A DNA stretch of 64,000 nucleotides from an uncultured Alphaproteobacteria bacterium. Lineage in GTDB: Bacteria > Pseudomonadota > Alphaproteobacteria > Rhizobiales > Beijerinckiaceae. The position numbers were made by a program, and so were the translations under genes. The stretch is taken from contig CAVOTY010000006.1 of assembly GCA_963699455.1 (NCBI GenBank), forward strand, positions 1,392,944 to 1,456,943, read 5' to 3'. Under the pieces are notes generated by a model that did no database searches, was not told the DNA's origin, and saw only the letters and a list, made by a program, of their open reading frames with translations. Positions 19,467 through 29,937 of this stretch are shown piece by piece. Positions within the stretch are counted from its first letter, which is position 1. Every line of letters begins with the position of its first letter.

Positions 19467-20506
19467 TGAAGGACTCGGCCCGGACGCATCCGCTGACCAT
19501 GTTCGGACTCGATGCATTGATCGTCGGCTCGGCGCGGATGCGATCCGATCAGATCGCGCTCGCCGACCATGGCGAGGGCGACGATGGCGCCATGCTATTC
19601 GCAGAACTGGATTTGGCCATTCAGGCGTGCGTTGCGCGACTCAGCGAATTTGGACTCACGCCGGGCGCGCGCATTCTATTGTGCTGCCCGCCGCGCGGCC
19701 AGGCGCTCATCGCGATCACCGCGATAATCGCGGCCGGCTTCGAGCCCTTGCTGGCGCCGCTTAGTCTGCCGCGTCGCGCGTTGGCCGTGGCGGCGGACTC
19801 CATGCAAGCACAGGCGCTGTTGGCCCCCGCGCGTTTCGCCCAGCTCGACTTCGAATCATCCATGCTCGAAGTCGCCGCGCAATGTCCCTCCATTCGCCTG
19901 CTTGGAGCGCTCTCATCGGAGCAGATCGACGGAGCGGCCGACTTCTCACCGCGAGCGCTACGCGCCCATTCGCGTTCAGAGCCCTTGCTCCCTTCCGCGA
20001 TCTCGGAAGGCTGGACTCTCGGGGATCGCGCCATGATCGGCGCGGTCGACACTTCGGGCGCGGTCGACTTCCTCTCTCAAGGCGCCCTCTTGGGATATGG
20101 ACTTGATGTCGTGCGGCGGACGCGACGGGGAAATACCGCGCCGATCGTCTCGCTGGTGTCGCCAGGTTCTTTCGGCGGATTGATCGCCGGGCCCTTGGCG
20201 GCTCTTTTGTCGGGCGCGACGCTCCATTTTCTATCGCCATTTCGCGCCGCGTCGTTTTTGCGGTTGCTCAATGAAATCGGCCCCGCGCGCCTTGTCGCGC
20301 CGAGCGCGATACTTCCCGATCTGTCACAGGCGGGTTTGCTGAACAACGGCGCGCTGTTGTCGTGCACCACGCTTTCGACGGCGGAGACAGCGTCCCGCGC
20401 GACAATCTCGGAAGGCGCCTGCCCGATCATCGAATTCGTCTGCGCGGGCGACGCCGTGCGCATCTCTACTCTTGCACATTCGGAAGAGACCGCCCGCGTC
20501 GCGTGA
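19463..20506 (+). CDS. hypothetical protein, weak resemblance to the N-terminal domain of adenylate-forming (AMP-binding) enzymes
   Basis: ATGA overlap with the SBP stop. The layout resembles acyl-CoA synthetase N-domains, but no clear P-loop-like TSGTTG motif is present. Confidence 0.45.
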   Translation: MMKDSARTHPLTMFGLDALIVGSARMRSDQIALADHGEGDDGAMLFAELDLAIQACVARLSEFGLTPGARILLCCPPRGQALIAITAIIAAGFEPLLAPLSLPRRALAVAADSMQAQALLAPARFAQLDFESSMLEVAAQCPSIRLLGALSSEQIDGAADFSPRALRAHSRSEPLLPSAISEGWTLGDRAMIGAVDTSGAVDFLSQGALLGYGLDVVRRTRRGNTAPIVSLVSPGSFGGLIAGPLAALLSGATLHFLSPFRAASFLRLLNEIGPARLVAPSAILPDLSQAGLLNNGALLSCTTLSTAETASRATISEGACPIIEFVCAGDAVRISTLAHSEETARVA

Positions 20507-20691
20507 TCGCATGGGCCGCGCGACACCGCTGCGTCGTTTCGCCTCGCGCGACAAATATGCCGCCTTGACGGCTATCAATTACACCCGCCGTCGACGCGCG
20601 TATTCGTAAGGCGTTCGGCGGCGGTTGCAAATTCAGAATCGATTAACGACCCGGCCGGCGCCCGAACGCCAAAAAATCGGGAGGGGAAATC

Positions 20692-21099
20692 ATGTCGCTC
20701 ATTACCTGGACAAAAGAACAATTCGCGACCAATGTCAGCGCGCATGACGCCGAGCACCAGGAAATTTTCAGACTGGTTAACGCTCTGGGCGACGCCGTGG
20801 GCTCCGGCGACCGCGCCGCCGTGGGCCAGCAACTCGACGCTTTAATCGCCTGTGTCGCGGGGCATTTTGCTTCCGAGGAAGCAAATTTCGTTAAATACGC
20901 ATATCCCGCGCTTGAAGCGCATAAAGCCGAACACGATAAGCTGGTCGCGACATGCCTGGATTTGCAAAAGAAGTTCCACGCCGGCCAAGCTGAAATCACC
21001 GACGATACGGCGGCTTTCATTGTCGGCTGGCTGACGAGTCACATTCCCAACATCGACAGGAAATACGGGCCGTTCCTCAACGAGAAAGGTGTCGCCTGA
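20692..21099 (+). CDS. bacteriohemerythrin
   Basis: 135 aa with H..DAEHQEIF, HF..EE and HK.EHD...SHI...D, the hemerythrin His/Glu/Asp iron ligands. SD GGGAGGGG. Confidence 0.9.
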   Translation: MSLITWTKEQFATNVSAHDAEHQEIFRLVNALGDAVGSGDRAAVGQQLDALIACVAGHFASEEANFVKYAYPALEAHKAEHDKLVATCLDLQKKFHAGQAEITDDTAAFIVGWLTSHIPNIDRKYGPFLNEKGVA

Positions 21100-21159
21100 G
21101 GGCTCGCGCCGCGCTCAACGCATGAGCTTGTCGAAACGAGATCCCCGATGCGCCATTGT

Positions 21160-21957
21160 TCAGTTACTTGGTTTCTCAACGCCGCGCGCGCCAATGGCGC
21201 GCGCCATCTCAACGAATTCACTGGGCATCATGATGATTGTCATGGTGTTCTGTTCGGCCCCGACCTCGGTGATCATCTGCATTCGACGTAGCTCGAGACC
21301 CGCCGGACTTTCCATGATGGTCTCGGCGGCCTGCTTCAATAGCCCCGCCGCCTCCAGTTCCGCCTCGGCCTTTATCTGACGCGCCCTTTTTTCGCGCAGC
21401 GCCTCGGCTTCCTGGGCCATGGCGCGCTGCATGGTTTCGGGAATCTCGACATTCTTCATTTGCACGCGCTCGACCTTGACCCCCCAGGGCTCCGTGACCT
21501 TATCGATGGTCGCCTGCAATGCCTCGGAGATCGTGTCTTGCGCCTTCAGAACATCGTCGAGGGAGTGCTGTCCTATGATGCCCCGTAGCGCGGTTATCGC
21601 CACTTGCGTCACCGCGTCGCCGACATCGGTGACTTCGATCAATGAACGCGCGGGATCGATAACACGGCGCCAGATCACCGCGTTGATTTTGATCGGCACA
21701 TTGTCCCGGGTAATGGTTTCCTGTTGCTCCACCGACGTTGTATTGGTGCGCATGTCAACGGTGAAAGCCCATTCGAACAGCGGGATGAGCAGATACAGTC
21801 CCGGCCCCGAGGTGCGCGCATAACGTCCGAGGAAAAACACCACCGCGCGCTCATATTGATTGGCGATGCGAAGGCTGAAAAAGAGGAGGAATACGACGAG
21901 CGCGACGATCCCGGCGACAATGGGATGATCCGCGGCGAAAGCGATCAAGGATGGCAT
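21160..21957 (-). CDS. SPFH/band-7 (stomatin-like, slipin) membrane protein
   Basis: N-terminal TM helix and an SPFH core (...RIANQYERAVVFFLGRY...GPGLYLLIP...D.R...). C-terminal coiled coil AEAEA. Confidence 0.9.
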   Translation of the reverse strand: MPSLIAFAADHPIVAGIVALVVFLLFFSLRIANQYERAVVFFLGRYARTSGPGLYLLIPLFEWAFTVDMRTNTTSVEQQETITRDNVPIKINAVIWRRVIDPARSLIEVTDVGDAVTQVAITALRGIIGQHSLDDVLKAQDTISEALQATIDKVTEPWGVKVERVQMKNVEIPETMQRAMAQEAEALREKRARQIKAEAELEAAGLLKQAAETIMESPAGLELRRMQMITEVGAEQNTMTIIMMPSEFVEMARAIGARGVEKPSN

Positions 21958-22241
21958 GGACGGCCCTTTTGTCTATCGCCAAGGTCAGCTAGCAAATAAC
22001 CCCCACGGTTTGGCTTTTTGGAGGCGGCGCGCCTTGGGACATAATTACTGAACTCGGGGCGGCAATCGGGCGGGTCGTCATATCAGTCGATCCAATAAGC
22101 GGCGACCAAAATCGACCGGCTATCGCACCGAAGCCCGCAATTCCTGCGAGAAGCAAATTGACGCGCCCGCGGCGTTTTCGCCGCTGCCGAGCCCCCGCGG
22201 CGACCGCCGTCGTTTTTCAGGGCAGACGAACGTAAATCCCT

Positions 22242-22249
22242 TGTATAAT
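22242..22249 (+). promoter_or_regulatory. candidate extended -10 element (TGTATAAT) upstream of mutL
   Basis: TGnTATAAT match 28 nt upstream of the mutL ATG. No good -35. Confidence 0.3.
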
Positions 22250-22276
22250 CGATTCTTCTCTCACCACGAATCACTC

Positions 22277-24118
22277 ATGCCCGTACGCCGCCTCGATCCC
22301 ATTCTCGTCGATCGCATCGCCGCTGGCGAGGTGGTGGAGCGACCGAGTTCGGCCGTCAAGGAACTGATTGAAAACGCGCTCGACGCCGGCGCCAAGCGGA
22401 TCGATGTCGCGATCGAGGATGGCGGTCGCAAACTGATTCGGGTGATCGACGACGGGAGCGGCATGGATGAGCATGATTTAACGCTCGCCATCGAACGCCA
22501 TGCCACCTCGAAAATTCCAGACGGCGATCTCACTCATATCGCAACACTAGGTTTTCGCGGCGAGGCGCTTCCCTCCATCGCCGCCGTGTCGAACCTAACC
22601 ATCGAAACGCGCGCGCAAGACTCCCCACATGGATTCATGATTCGCGTGGAGTCCGGCCATAGGCAGGCGTTACGAGCGAGCAGCTGGCCGCGCGGCACAT
22701 GCATTGAGTCGCGGGATCTTTTCGCGGCGACTCCGGCGCGTCTCAAATTTCTCAAGACCGACCGCGCCGAGACCGCGGCCGCGGCCGATGTCGTCAAGCG
22801 TCTGGCCATGGCGCATCCCGACGTGCGCTTCGCGTTTTCAGCCAACGGTGGCGCGAATTGCGATTATCCCGCCTGCGCCGGGAACCACGAGGGCCGCGCG
22901 CGGCGAATCGCGCAAGTTTTGGGCGAGGAATTCGTCGCCAACGCAATTCCAATCGACGCGGCGCGGGAGAATTTTTGCTTAACCGGGCTCGCGGGCTTGC
23001 CCACCTACAATCGGGCCAACGCGCAAATGCAATTTGTCTACGTCAACGGCCGGCCGGTGCGCGACAAATTGCTTTCCGGCGCAATGCGCGCCGCTTATCT
23101 TGATTTTCTCGCGCGCGACCGACATCCCGCGCTGGTATTGTTCTTGGAGGGTGATTACGACGCCATCGACGTGAATGTCCATCCAGCCAAGGCCGAAGTG
23201 CGGTTTGGCGACCCTGGTCTTGTACGCGGACTCATGGTCGGCGCGCTGAAACAAGCCCTTTCGGGGGCGAATCATCGCGGTTCCAATGGCAACACCCCGA
23301 AAACGCTCGAAATGATGTCGTCCATCGGCGGAACGCGAAACTGGCGATCGAACGGGCCTGTGAACTGGGACGCCCGACACTCGCCAAACGCGCCGCATCA
23401 ATTCGCGCCGCCAACATACGACGCGCCGGAAAACGCGCCGCTGGTTTGCGCCGAGGGCTCGCAGGCTTTTTTCGCGCCTGGTCCGCCCGCCGCCGATACG
23501 AGCGCGCAGATAGCGGCCATGTCGCCTCGGGATTTGGAAGCGCCGCTCGGCGCGGCGCGGGCGCAGCTCCACGAAACCTACATCATCGCGCAAACCCATG
23601 CGGGTTTGGTCATCGTCGATCAGCACGCCGCGCATGAGCGTCTCGTGTATGAGAAGTTGAAACGCCAGCGCGCCGCGGACGGCGTCGCGCGACAAATTCT
23701 GCTCATTCCCGCCGTCGTCGACTTGGACGGTCCGCGCCTGGATGCCTTGACGCCGGCGATAACCGAACTAGCGGAGCTAGGCCTGGTGCTCGAACCCTTC
23801 GGGCCGGGCGCCGTTCTGGTGCGGGAAACGCCTGCGATCCTGGGCGATGTCGACGCCGGACAACTTGTCGCCGACATCGCCGACTTGCTCGCCGAGGAAG
23901 GCGACGCGCGCGCGTTGTCGCGCCGTCTCGATCACGTGTTGGCGACATGCGCCTGTCACCATTCCGTGCGCGCCGGCCGTCGCCTCGCTCCACAGGAGAT
24001 GAACGCGCTGCTGCGCGAGATGGAGACGACGCCGGGCAGCGGGCAATGCAACCACGGGCGCCCAACCTATGTGGAGCTGAAACTTTCCGACATAGAAAGG
24101 CTGTTTGGTCGCAAGTGA
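22277..24118 (+). CDS. mutL: DNA mismatch repair endonuclease MutL
   Basis: MPVRRLDPILVDRIAAGEVVERPSSAVKELIENALDAG...GFRGEAL.SI. C-terminal motif CNHGRPT. Confidence 0.95.
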   Translation: MPVRRLDPILVDRIAAGEVVERPSSAVKELIENALDAGAKRIDVAIEDGGRKLIRVIDDGSGMDEHDLTLAIERHATSKIPDGDLTHIATLGFRGEALPSIAAVSNLTIETRAQDSPHGFMIRVESGHRQALRASSWPRGTCIESRDLFAATPARLKFLKTDRAETAAAADVVKRLAMAHPDVRFAFSANGGANCDYPACAGNHEGRARRIAQVLGEEFVANAIPIDAARENFCLTGLAGLPTYNRANAQMQFVYVNGRPVRDKLLSGAMRAAYLDFLARDRHPALVLFLEGDYDAIDVNVHPAKAEVRFGDPGLVRGLMVGALKQALSGANHRGSNGNTPKTLEMMSSIGGTRNWRSNGPVNWDARHSPNAPHQFAPPTYDAPENAPLVCAEGSQAFFAPGPPAADTSAQIAAMSPRDLEAPLGAARAQLHETYIIAQTHAGLVIVDQHAAHERLVYEKLKRQRAADGVARQILLIPAVVDLDGPRLDALTPAITELAELGLVLEPFGPGAVLVRETPAILGDVDAGQLVADIADLLAEEGDARALSRRLDHVLATCACHHSVRAGRRLAPQEMNALLREMETTPGSGQCNHGRPTYVELKLSDIERLFGRK

Positions 24119-24122
24119 CGGC

Positions 24123-25346
24123 TCAAGCGCCCCCGTTCAAAGCGCGCGGCGCGGGCGACACAACCTTTGCCTGCCCACCGCTGATTTCCAATACGGACAG
24201 ACCGCGATCGCTCAGGCCGTCGACGCGAAATCTAAACGCGCCATCGGCGCCGTTGAATCCCTGCGGATTGGTCAGCACGCCTTCCGAAAAGCGTTGCGAG
24301 CCCTGGGCGCGCGACAACGCGATGGACAGCGAAACCGCGTCGTACGCCAGTGTCGCGATTCGGGACGGCTCAATGTTAAACTTGGCGCGATAGCGTGATG
24401 CGAAGGCGTTGAATCCGCCATTTTCCGGTGAGGAGAACCAGGCGCCTTGCAAGGCGGGGATGTGATATGCGGCTGGGTCGTTCCAAAGCCCCGTTCCAAT
24501 GATCTGCACGCGCGTCGGATCGACATGGGCGGCCGTCAATTCGCGCGAAATGGAGCTCATCGCTTGCGGCGTGTCTGGGATAAACAGCGTGTCGATCTGG
24601 TCGCCAAGCGCGGCGACGTGGCGCACCGATTCGCCGGCGGCGCCCGGTTTGTATCGCTCGATGGTCATCACGCGCATGCCATGATTGGCCGCGCTTTCCT
24701 GAAACTGCGCCAGCGCGATCTCGCCATAACTATTTTGAGGAATAAGCGCGGCGATGGATTTCTTGTCCCGCCCAGCGGCGAAAGCGACGATCCGCTCCAC
24801 ATAATTTTCAACCAGGAACGACAGCAAATAAACGCCGCGAGTCGCCACCGCGCTATCCGTGGAGAAGGCGATCATCGGCCGCCCGGCGGCGCGCGCGACG
24901 CCGCCCGCTTCCTTGACGCCAGCCGCGAATACGGGTCCCAAAATGATCTCGGCGCCCTGGTCCACGGCGGCTTGAGCCGCCGCCGCCGCGCCAGCCGGCG
25001 TGGAATGGTCGTCCTTGACCAAAATACTGACGTCGTTCGCGCCGGAATCCGCATAGGCGAGCTGCGCCGCGTTGCGGAGCGACGCCCCAACGAGAGACGG
25101 CCCGGAAGCCTGGGTGAGCGGTACGATCAGCGCGATTTTCACCGAACCGTTGCCGATCTGCTCGCTCGCCTCGCCCGCGGCGCGAGAGCCGGACGCCGGA
25201 GTCGTCCCCGGCGCGGCGAGCATGAGATCGCGGCTCCCGGAGCGACCGGCGGGATTGCAGGCGGCCAGCAAGGCCGCGGAAAGAATCGCGACGACCAGGC
25301 GCGACAGCGGCGCGCGCGCCGGCGACGATCGATTTTCCTCTTGCAT
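24123..25346 (-). CDS. LpoA-like penicillin-binding-protein activator / type-1 periplasmic binding-fold lipoprotein
   Basis: Lipobox LLAAC and a LivK-like PBP1 fold. Divergent from rsmI and followed by yraN, the conserved rsmI/lpoA/yraN neighbourhood. Confidence 0.75.
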   Translation of the reverse strand: MQEENRSSPARAPLSRLVVAILSAALLAACNPAGRSGSRDLMLAAPGTTPASGSRAAGEASEQIGNGSVKIALIVPLTQASGPSLVGASLRNAAQLAYADSGANDVSILVKDDHSTPAGAAAAAQAAVDQGAEIILGPVFAAGVKEAGGVARAAGRPMIAFSTDSAVATRGVYLLSFLVENYVERIVAFAAGRDKKSIAALIPQNSYGEIALAQFQESAANHGMRVMTIERYKPGAAGESVRHVAALGDQIDTLFIPDTPQAMSSISRELTAAHVDPTRVQIIGTGLWNDPAAYHIPALQGAWFSSPENGGFNAFASRYRAKFNIEPSRIATLAYDAVSLSIALSRAQGSQRFSEGVLTNPQGFNGADGAFRFRVDGLSDRGLSVLEISGGQAKVVSPAPRALNGGA

Positions 25347-25573
25347 GAAACTCCCGCCCCCGGTCGCGCTGACTTTTCGCTTTGATAAGGTCCGCCTCAT
25401 TAACCTAAAGTCAACCGACCTTCAAATTGCGTTAAGATGCGGCGCGCAACTCGCCGCCCGCGACGCCGCCTTGCGATGTCGACTCATGCCGTTCTATAAA
25501 AAGAACAAACGAACGTTGAAACAAACACCAGCGCGGACCGAGAGACCAACCAAGACGCGGATGCGAGAATACA

Positions 25574-26488
25574 ATGTCAAACGAGAGCGCCCGCGCGCCA
25601 AGCGCCGGGTATACCGCGTTCGGACTGCGCGCCGAGGCCGAGCCCATCGCGCCTGGACTGCATGTCGTGGCGACGCCGATCGGCAATCTGCGCGACATTT
25701 CCTTCCGAGCGCTAGCGACACTGGCCGCCGCCGACGCGGTGATCGCCGAGGACACTCGCGTCACCAGCGTTCTCCTGGCGCATTACGGTATTTCCTCGCC
25801 TCTCGTCGCCTATCACGAACACAACGCCAGGGTGATGCGTCCGCATCTCATAGCGCGGTTGGAAGCTAACGCCGCGCTGGCGCTCGTCTCAGACGCCGGC
25901 ACGCCGCTCGTCTCGGACCCCGGCTTCAAGCTGGTTCAGGAAGCCTTGGCGGCGGGCGTCAAGGTGACGTCGGTGCCTGGCCCCTCCGCCGTGCTGGCGG
26001 CGCTGGTGGTCGCGGGCTTGCCGACCGACCGATTCTTTTTCGAGGGATTCCTGCCGCACAAAAGCGGTCCCAGGCGCGCGCGTCTCGCGGAACTGGCGCG
26101 CATACCCGGCACGCTGGTGTTTTTCGAGAGTCCGCGCCGCGTCGCCGAGACCTTGCAAGACTGTCTCGCCGCGCTCGGCGATCGCGAGGCCGCCATCGCA
26201 CGCGAATTAACCAAGATGTTCGAGACCGTGCGACGCGGCTCGATCGCTGAATTGACGGCCGCGCTGGCGGATGAGGAACCACCCAAGGGAGAGATCGTGC
26301 TGCTGATCGCGCCACCCGGACAGGGAGCCGAGGCGATCCAGGAAGCCGAACTCGACGCGGCGCTCGACGCCGCGCTGGCGACCCATTCGGTCAAGGACGC
26401 CGCCAGCGTTGTCTCGGCCGCGACCGGCCAGCCGCGCCGACAAATTTACGCCCGCGCGCTGCAAATCGTGTCGGAACGCGAAAAGTGA
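25574..26488 (+). CDS. rsmI: 16S rRNA (cytidine1402-2'-O)-methyltransferase
   Basis: GLHVVATPIGNLRDISFRAL..L...D.IAEDTR, SDAGTP.VSDPG and the motif FFEGFLP. Confidence 0.9.
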   Translation: MSNESARAPSAGYTAFGLRAEAEPIAPGLHVVATPIGNLRDISFRALATLAAADAVIAEDTRVTSVLLAHYGISSPLVAYHEHNARVMRPHLIARLEANAALALVSDAGTPLVSDPGFKLVQEALAAGVKVTSVPGPSAVLAALVVAGLPTDRFFFEGFLPHKSGPRRARLAELARIPGTLVFFESPRRVAETLQDCLAALGDREAAIARELTKMFETVRRGSIAELTAALADEEPPKGEIVLLIAPPGQGAEAIQEAELDAALDAALATHSVKDAASVVSAATGQPRRQIYARALQIVSEREK

Positions 26489-26865
26489 AATCTCCAGCCT
26501 CGCGAAAACGCCGCGCCAACCACGAGTTCGGCTTGCGCGCGGAAAGTGTCGCGGCGCTGTGGTTGCGGTTGAAGTTGTACAAGATTCTGGCGCGCCGCTA
26601 TCATGCGCACGGCGGCGAAGTCGATATTATAGCCCAACGAGGCGACGATATTGTATTCGTCGAGGTGAAGGCGCGCGGATTAATGGATGACGCGCTAGTC
26701 GCCATCACGGCGCAAAAAAAGCGGCGCTTCGCAATGGCGGCGGCGCGCTGGCTGGCGGCGAATCCCTGGGCCGTTTCGTACACGCTCCGCGCGGACGCGG
26801 TCTTCATTGCTCCCCGCCGCCTGCCGCGCCATGTGATCGACGTGATGGAGCTGCGGATCGGCTGA
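26485..26865 (+). CDS. yraN: YraN-family (UPF0102) endonuclease-like protein
   Basis: GTGA overlap with rsmI. Motifs GE.DIIA..G....FVEVKAR. Confidence 0.85.
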   Translation: MKSPASRKRRANHEFGLRAESVAALWLRLKLYKILARRYHAHGGEVDIIAQRGDDIVFVEVKARGLMDDALVAITAQKKRRFAMAAARWLAANPWAVSYTLRADAVFIAPRRLPRHVIDVMELRIG

Positions 26866-26931
26866 AGGCTTGCGGACCTCTACCGCCATTCAACGAATGC
26901 ACGCGCTCAGACGCCACGGAAGGAGCCTTCC

Positions 26932-27525
26932 ATGAAGCCGACGACTTTCCTCGCTTGCCTATGCCTTATGGGAGCTCCCGCCGTCGCGCGAGCTGAACTC
27001 AAGCCCGGCGACTCCGCGCCCGATTTTTCCATTTCCGCGGCGCTGGGCGGCCAGGAGTTTAAATTTTCGCTCGCCGAGGCGCTGAGGAAAGGGCCTTTGG
27101 TGCTATATTTCTACCCCAAGTCCTTTACCTCCGTCTGCACGCTCGAGGCGCACGAGTTCGCCGAAAGCATCGCGGATTTCGCCGCCGCGGGAGCCAACGT
27201 CATCGGCGTTTCCAGCGACTCCATCGACGTGCAGAAGGAGTTTTCGAAAAAGGATTGTCGCGACAAGTTTCCAGTCGGCGCGGATCCGGACTTTACCGTG
27301 ATCAAAGCCTTTGACGTGGCCTTCACCGTGCCGATCAAGGGCGCGTTTTTCGCGCGGCGCGTTTCCTATGTAATCTCGCCGGAGCACGAAATCTTGTACG
27401 CCTATTCGGATTCAAGCGCCGAAAAGCACATCGAGAACACCCTCGCCGCGGTGCGCGAATGGCGCGCCAAGCACCCGCGCCAGGCTGGACAGACTCCCCG
27501 GGACGGTCCAAAAAGCGCCGAATAG
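26932..27525 (+). CDS. periplasmic peroxiredoxin (AhpC/TSA, Bcp-like)
   Basis: SD GGAAGGAG, a signal peptide and the peroxidatic motif FYPKSFTSVCTLE. Confidence 0.85.
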   Translation: MKPTTFLACLCLMGAPAVARAELKPGDSAPDFSISAALGGQEFKFSLAEALRKGPLVLYFYPKSFTSVCTLEAHEFAESIADFAAAGANVIGVSSDSIDVQKEFSKKDCRDKFPVGADPDFTVIKAFDVAFTVPIKGAFFARRVSYVISPEHEILYAYSDSSAEKHIENTLAAVREWRAKHPRQAGQTPRDGPKSAE

Positions 27526-27569
27526 ACCGCGAGGCGCCGTCGCGCCGCGCAAGCCCGAGAGACGCGAAG

Positions 27570-28418
27570 ATGAACAAGCCGACGACGAACATCGACACCC
27601 TGAAAGGCGAGGCGGCGATGTTCGCCCGCTATCGACGCGATGATTCGCCCAAGCCCAGGCAATGGAACGAGACGTTGGATCTGCTGCTCGCGCATCGCTC
27701 GCATCGCGCCTTTTTGCCAGGTAAACTTCCCGAGAGCGCGCTGGAGACGATCGTGGCCGCGGCGCAATCCGCCTCGACCTCGTCCAATTTGCAGGCCTGG
27801 AGCGTGGTCGCGGTCGAGAACCTGGAGCGCAAGAATCGCCTCGCCGATCTCGCCGGCGGGCAACAGCACATTCGAGACTGCGCGGTGTTTCTGGTGTGGT
27901 TGTCGGACCTCGCGCGCCTTGACAATCTCGCTCGGCTGAACGGTCGCGAGGCCGGCGCGCTGCCCTATGTCGAACTGTTTCTCACCGGCGTGGTCGACGC
28001 GGCGCTGGCCGCGCAAAACGCCGTCGTGGCGTTGGAGTCGCTCGGGTTAGGCTCGGTATATATCGGCGCGATGCGCAACAAACCCGAGGATGTCGCCAAG
28101 GAGCTGAATCTGCCGCCAAATGTGTTCGCGGTGTTCGGCATGGCGGTCGGGGTTCCCGACCCGGACGCCACGACGGACGTCAAGCCGCGCCTTGGCCAAG
28201 GCGCCGTGCTGCATCGCGAGCAATATCAATGGGGCGAGGCGCAGCTTGACGCCATCAACACTCTCGACGCGAAATTCCGCGATTTTCAAAGAGAGCAAAA
28301 TCTTCCCGAGCAAGGCTGGATTCGCCAGGTGCTGTCCCGCGTGCGCGGTCCGGACGCGATGAGCGGCCGCCACAAGCTGAAGGAATCGCTCGCGGCGCTC
28401 GGCATTGAGCTAAAGTAG
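27570..28418 (+). CDS. NADPH-dependent nitroreductase (NfsA-like)
   Basis: LLLAHRSHRAF....LPE..LE.IV.AAQ.ASTSSNLQ.WSVV and IGA.RN. Confidence 0.85.
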   Translation: MNKPTTNIDTLKGEAAMFARYRRDDSPKPRQWNETLDLLLAHRSHRAFLPGKLPESALETIVAAAQSASTSSNLQAWSVVAVENLERKNRLADLAGGQQHIRDCAVFLVWLSDLARLDNLARLNGREAGALPYVELFLTGVVDAALAAQNAVVALESLGLGSVYIGAMRNKPEDVAKELNLPPNVFAVFGMAVGVPDPDATTDVKPRLGQGAVLHREQYQWGEAQLDAINTLDAKFRDFQREQNLPEQGWIRQVLSRVRGPDAMSGRHKLKESLAALGIELK

Positions 28419-29096
28419 TCTTCGTAAGCGCGGCGAGGCGTTCAGCGCGCCGCGCGGCGAGGGCGCATCCTCGCGTATCCCAAACGAAATAACCAGGCTG
28501 AACACAGCCGCCGACATGCACCACAGCGAATACCAGGCCGCCCGATTCTGCGCGAGCGCATACACGAAGGTGAGGAACACTAGCGCCCCAAACAACCGCA
28601 GCGCGCGGTTCTCGGACGCCACCAGCGGAATCACCGTCAACGCGAGATATGCTAAATCCACGATCAGCGGCGGACGGTCGAAGCCGGGGTCGTAGGCCAG
28701 GGCATGTTTAACGACCTTCACGTCAATGCCGTCGGCCGCGGCAAGTTGGAATCCGAGATAGAGCGCAAGTAGCGCTCCGCAGCCGCACAATTGCTTCCAG
28801 ACGCGCCGGCGTCGGGGGTGGGCTTCGGCCATCGACGCGGCCAAGGGGGTTAGCACCGGCCACACCAGAAACGCGATCATCGTATATAGATACCGGAAGA
28901 ATTCATCGCCTTCGAATGGGTGCTCCAGCGACCACCAGACGCCACCCTCGACAAGTTGATGCAGCGAAAAAACAAGCGGAAAGACCGCGAAACCCAGCAT
29001 CCGCGGGTCGTTCCGCCAAGCCTTGCGCGCTGTCGCGACGCCGATGACGCCAAGTGAAATGGAAGCGTTGATGCTTGCCGCCAGGGAATAACACAT
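28410..29096 (-). CDS. hypothetical polytopic membrane protein
   Basis: About 228 aa with 6-7 predicted TM helices. No motif recognised. The start was chosen at MCYSLAAS. Confidence 0.5.
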   Translation of the reverse strand: MCYSLAASINASISLGVIGVATARKAWRNDPRMLGFAVFPLVFSLHQLVEGGVWWSLEHPFEGDEFFRYLYTMIAFLVWPVLTPLAASMAEAHPRRRRVWKQLCGCGALLALYLGFQLAAADGIDVKVVKHALAYDPGFDRPPLIVDLAYLALTVIPLVASENRALRLFGALVFLTFVYALAQNRAAWYSLWCMSAAVFSLVISFGIREDAPSPRGALNASPRLRRLL

Positions 29097-29341
29097 CGCG
29101 GAATCCACTTTGAAGGGGCTTCCCGCCGCGCGAGTCAGCGCGCGAACCGGCCAAACGACGCCGAGGCGGAGCCGCGACATCACAATGCTGGGTAAGCTAT
29201 TCTTGCCCTCGATAAAATCAACCTCCCGAGCCGGCGCGCCAAGACGCATGGCGGGCGGCGATTGGGCGCCGGAGCGCGGCGCACTTGTTCGCCAGGGCGA
29301 TAGCCCTTACATGCGGACGCGAACAGGCACGAGAGGCGCGA

Positions 29342-29908
29342 ATGGACGGGGATCAGAGGGTGAGACCGGACAGCTGGCACGCCACCACCATTGTCATGGT
29401 GAAAAAAGGCGGCAAGACGGTCATCGCCGGCGACGGACAGGTCAGCCTCGGGCAGACCATCATGAAAGGCAACGCCAAGAAGGTGCGCAGACTCGGCAAG
29501 GGCGATGTCATCGCCGGCTTCGCGGGCGCCACGGCGGACGCCTTCACCTTGTTCGAGCGCCTGGAATCCAAGCTCGAACAATATCCCGGACAACTGACGC
29601 GGGCCTGCGTGGAACTCGCCAAGGACTGGCGCATGGACCGCTATTTGCGCCGATTGGAAGCGATGATGCTGGTCGCGGACAAGGATGTCGCGCTGGCGCT
29701 GACAGGCTCGGGCGACGTGCTGGAGCCCGAGGTCGACCAAAATGGCTCCGTCACCGCGATCGGTTCGGGGGGCAATTACGCGCTCGCCGCGGCGAGGGCC
29801 ATGCTCGACAGCCCGCACGACGCCGAGGCGATCGCGCGACGAGCGATGAACATCGCCGCCGATATTTGCGTTTATACCAATCATAACATCGTGGTGGAAA
29901 CGATTTGA
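29342..29908 (+). CDS. hslV: ATP-dependent protease subunit HslV
   Basis: [39 protein letters not shown] (Thr nucleophile TT). Confidence 0.95.
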   Translation: MDGDQRVRPDSWHATTIVMVKKGGKTVIAGDGQVSLGQTIMKGNAKKVRRLGKGDVIAGFAGATADAFTLFERLESKLEQYPGQLTRACVELAKDWRMDRYLRRLEAMMLVADKDVALALTGSGDVLEPEVDQNGSVTAIGSGGNYALAAARAMLDSPHDAEAIARRAMNIAADICVYTNHNIVVETI

Positions 29909-29937
29909 TCGTTATCGCCCGCTAAAGGAACCTGAAA

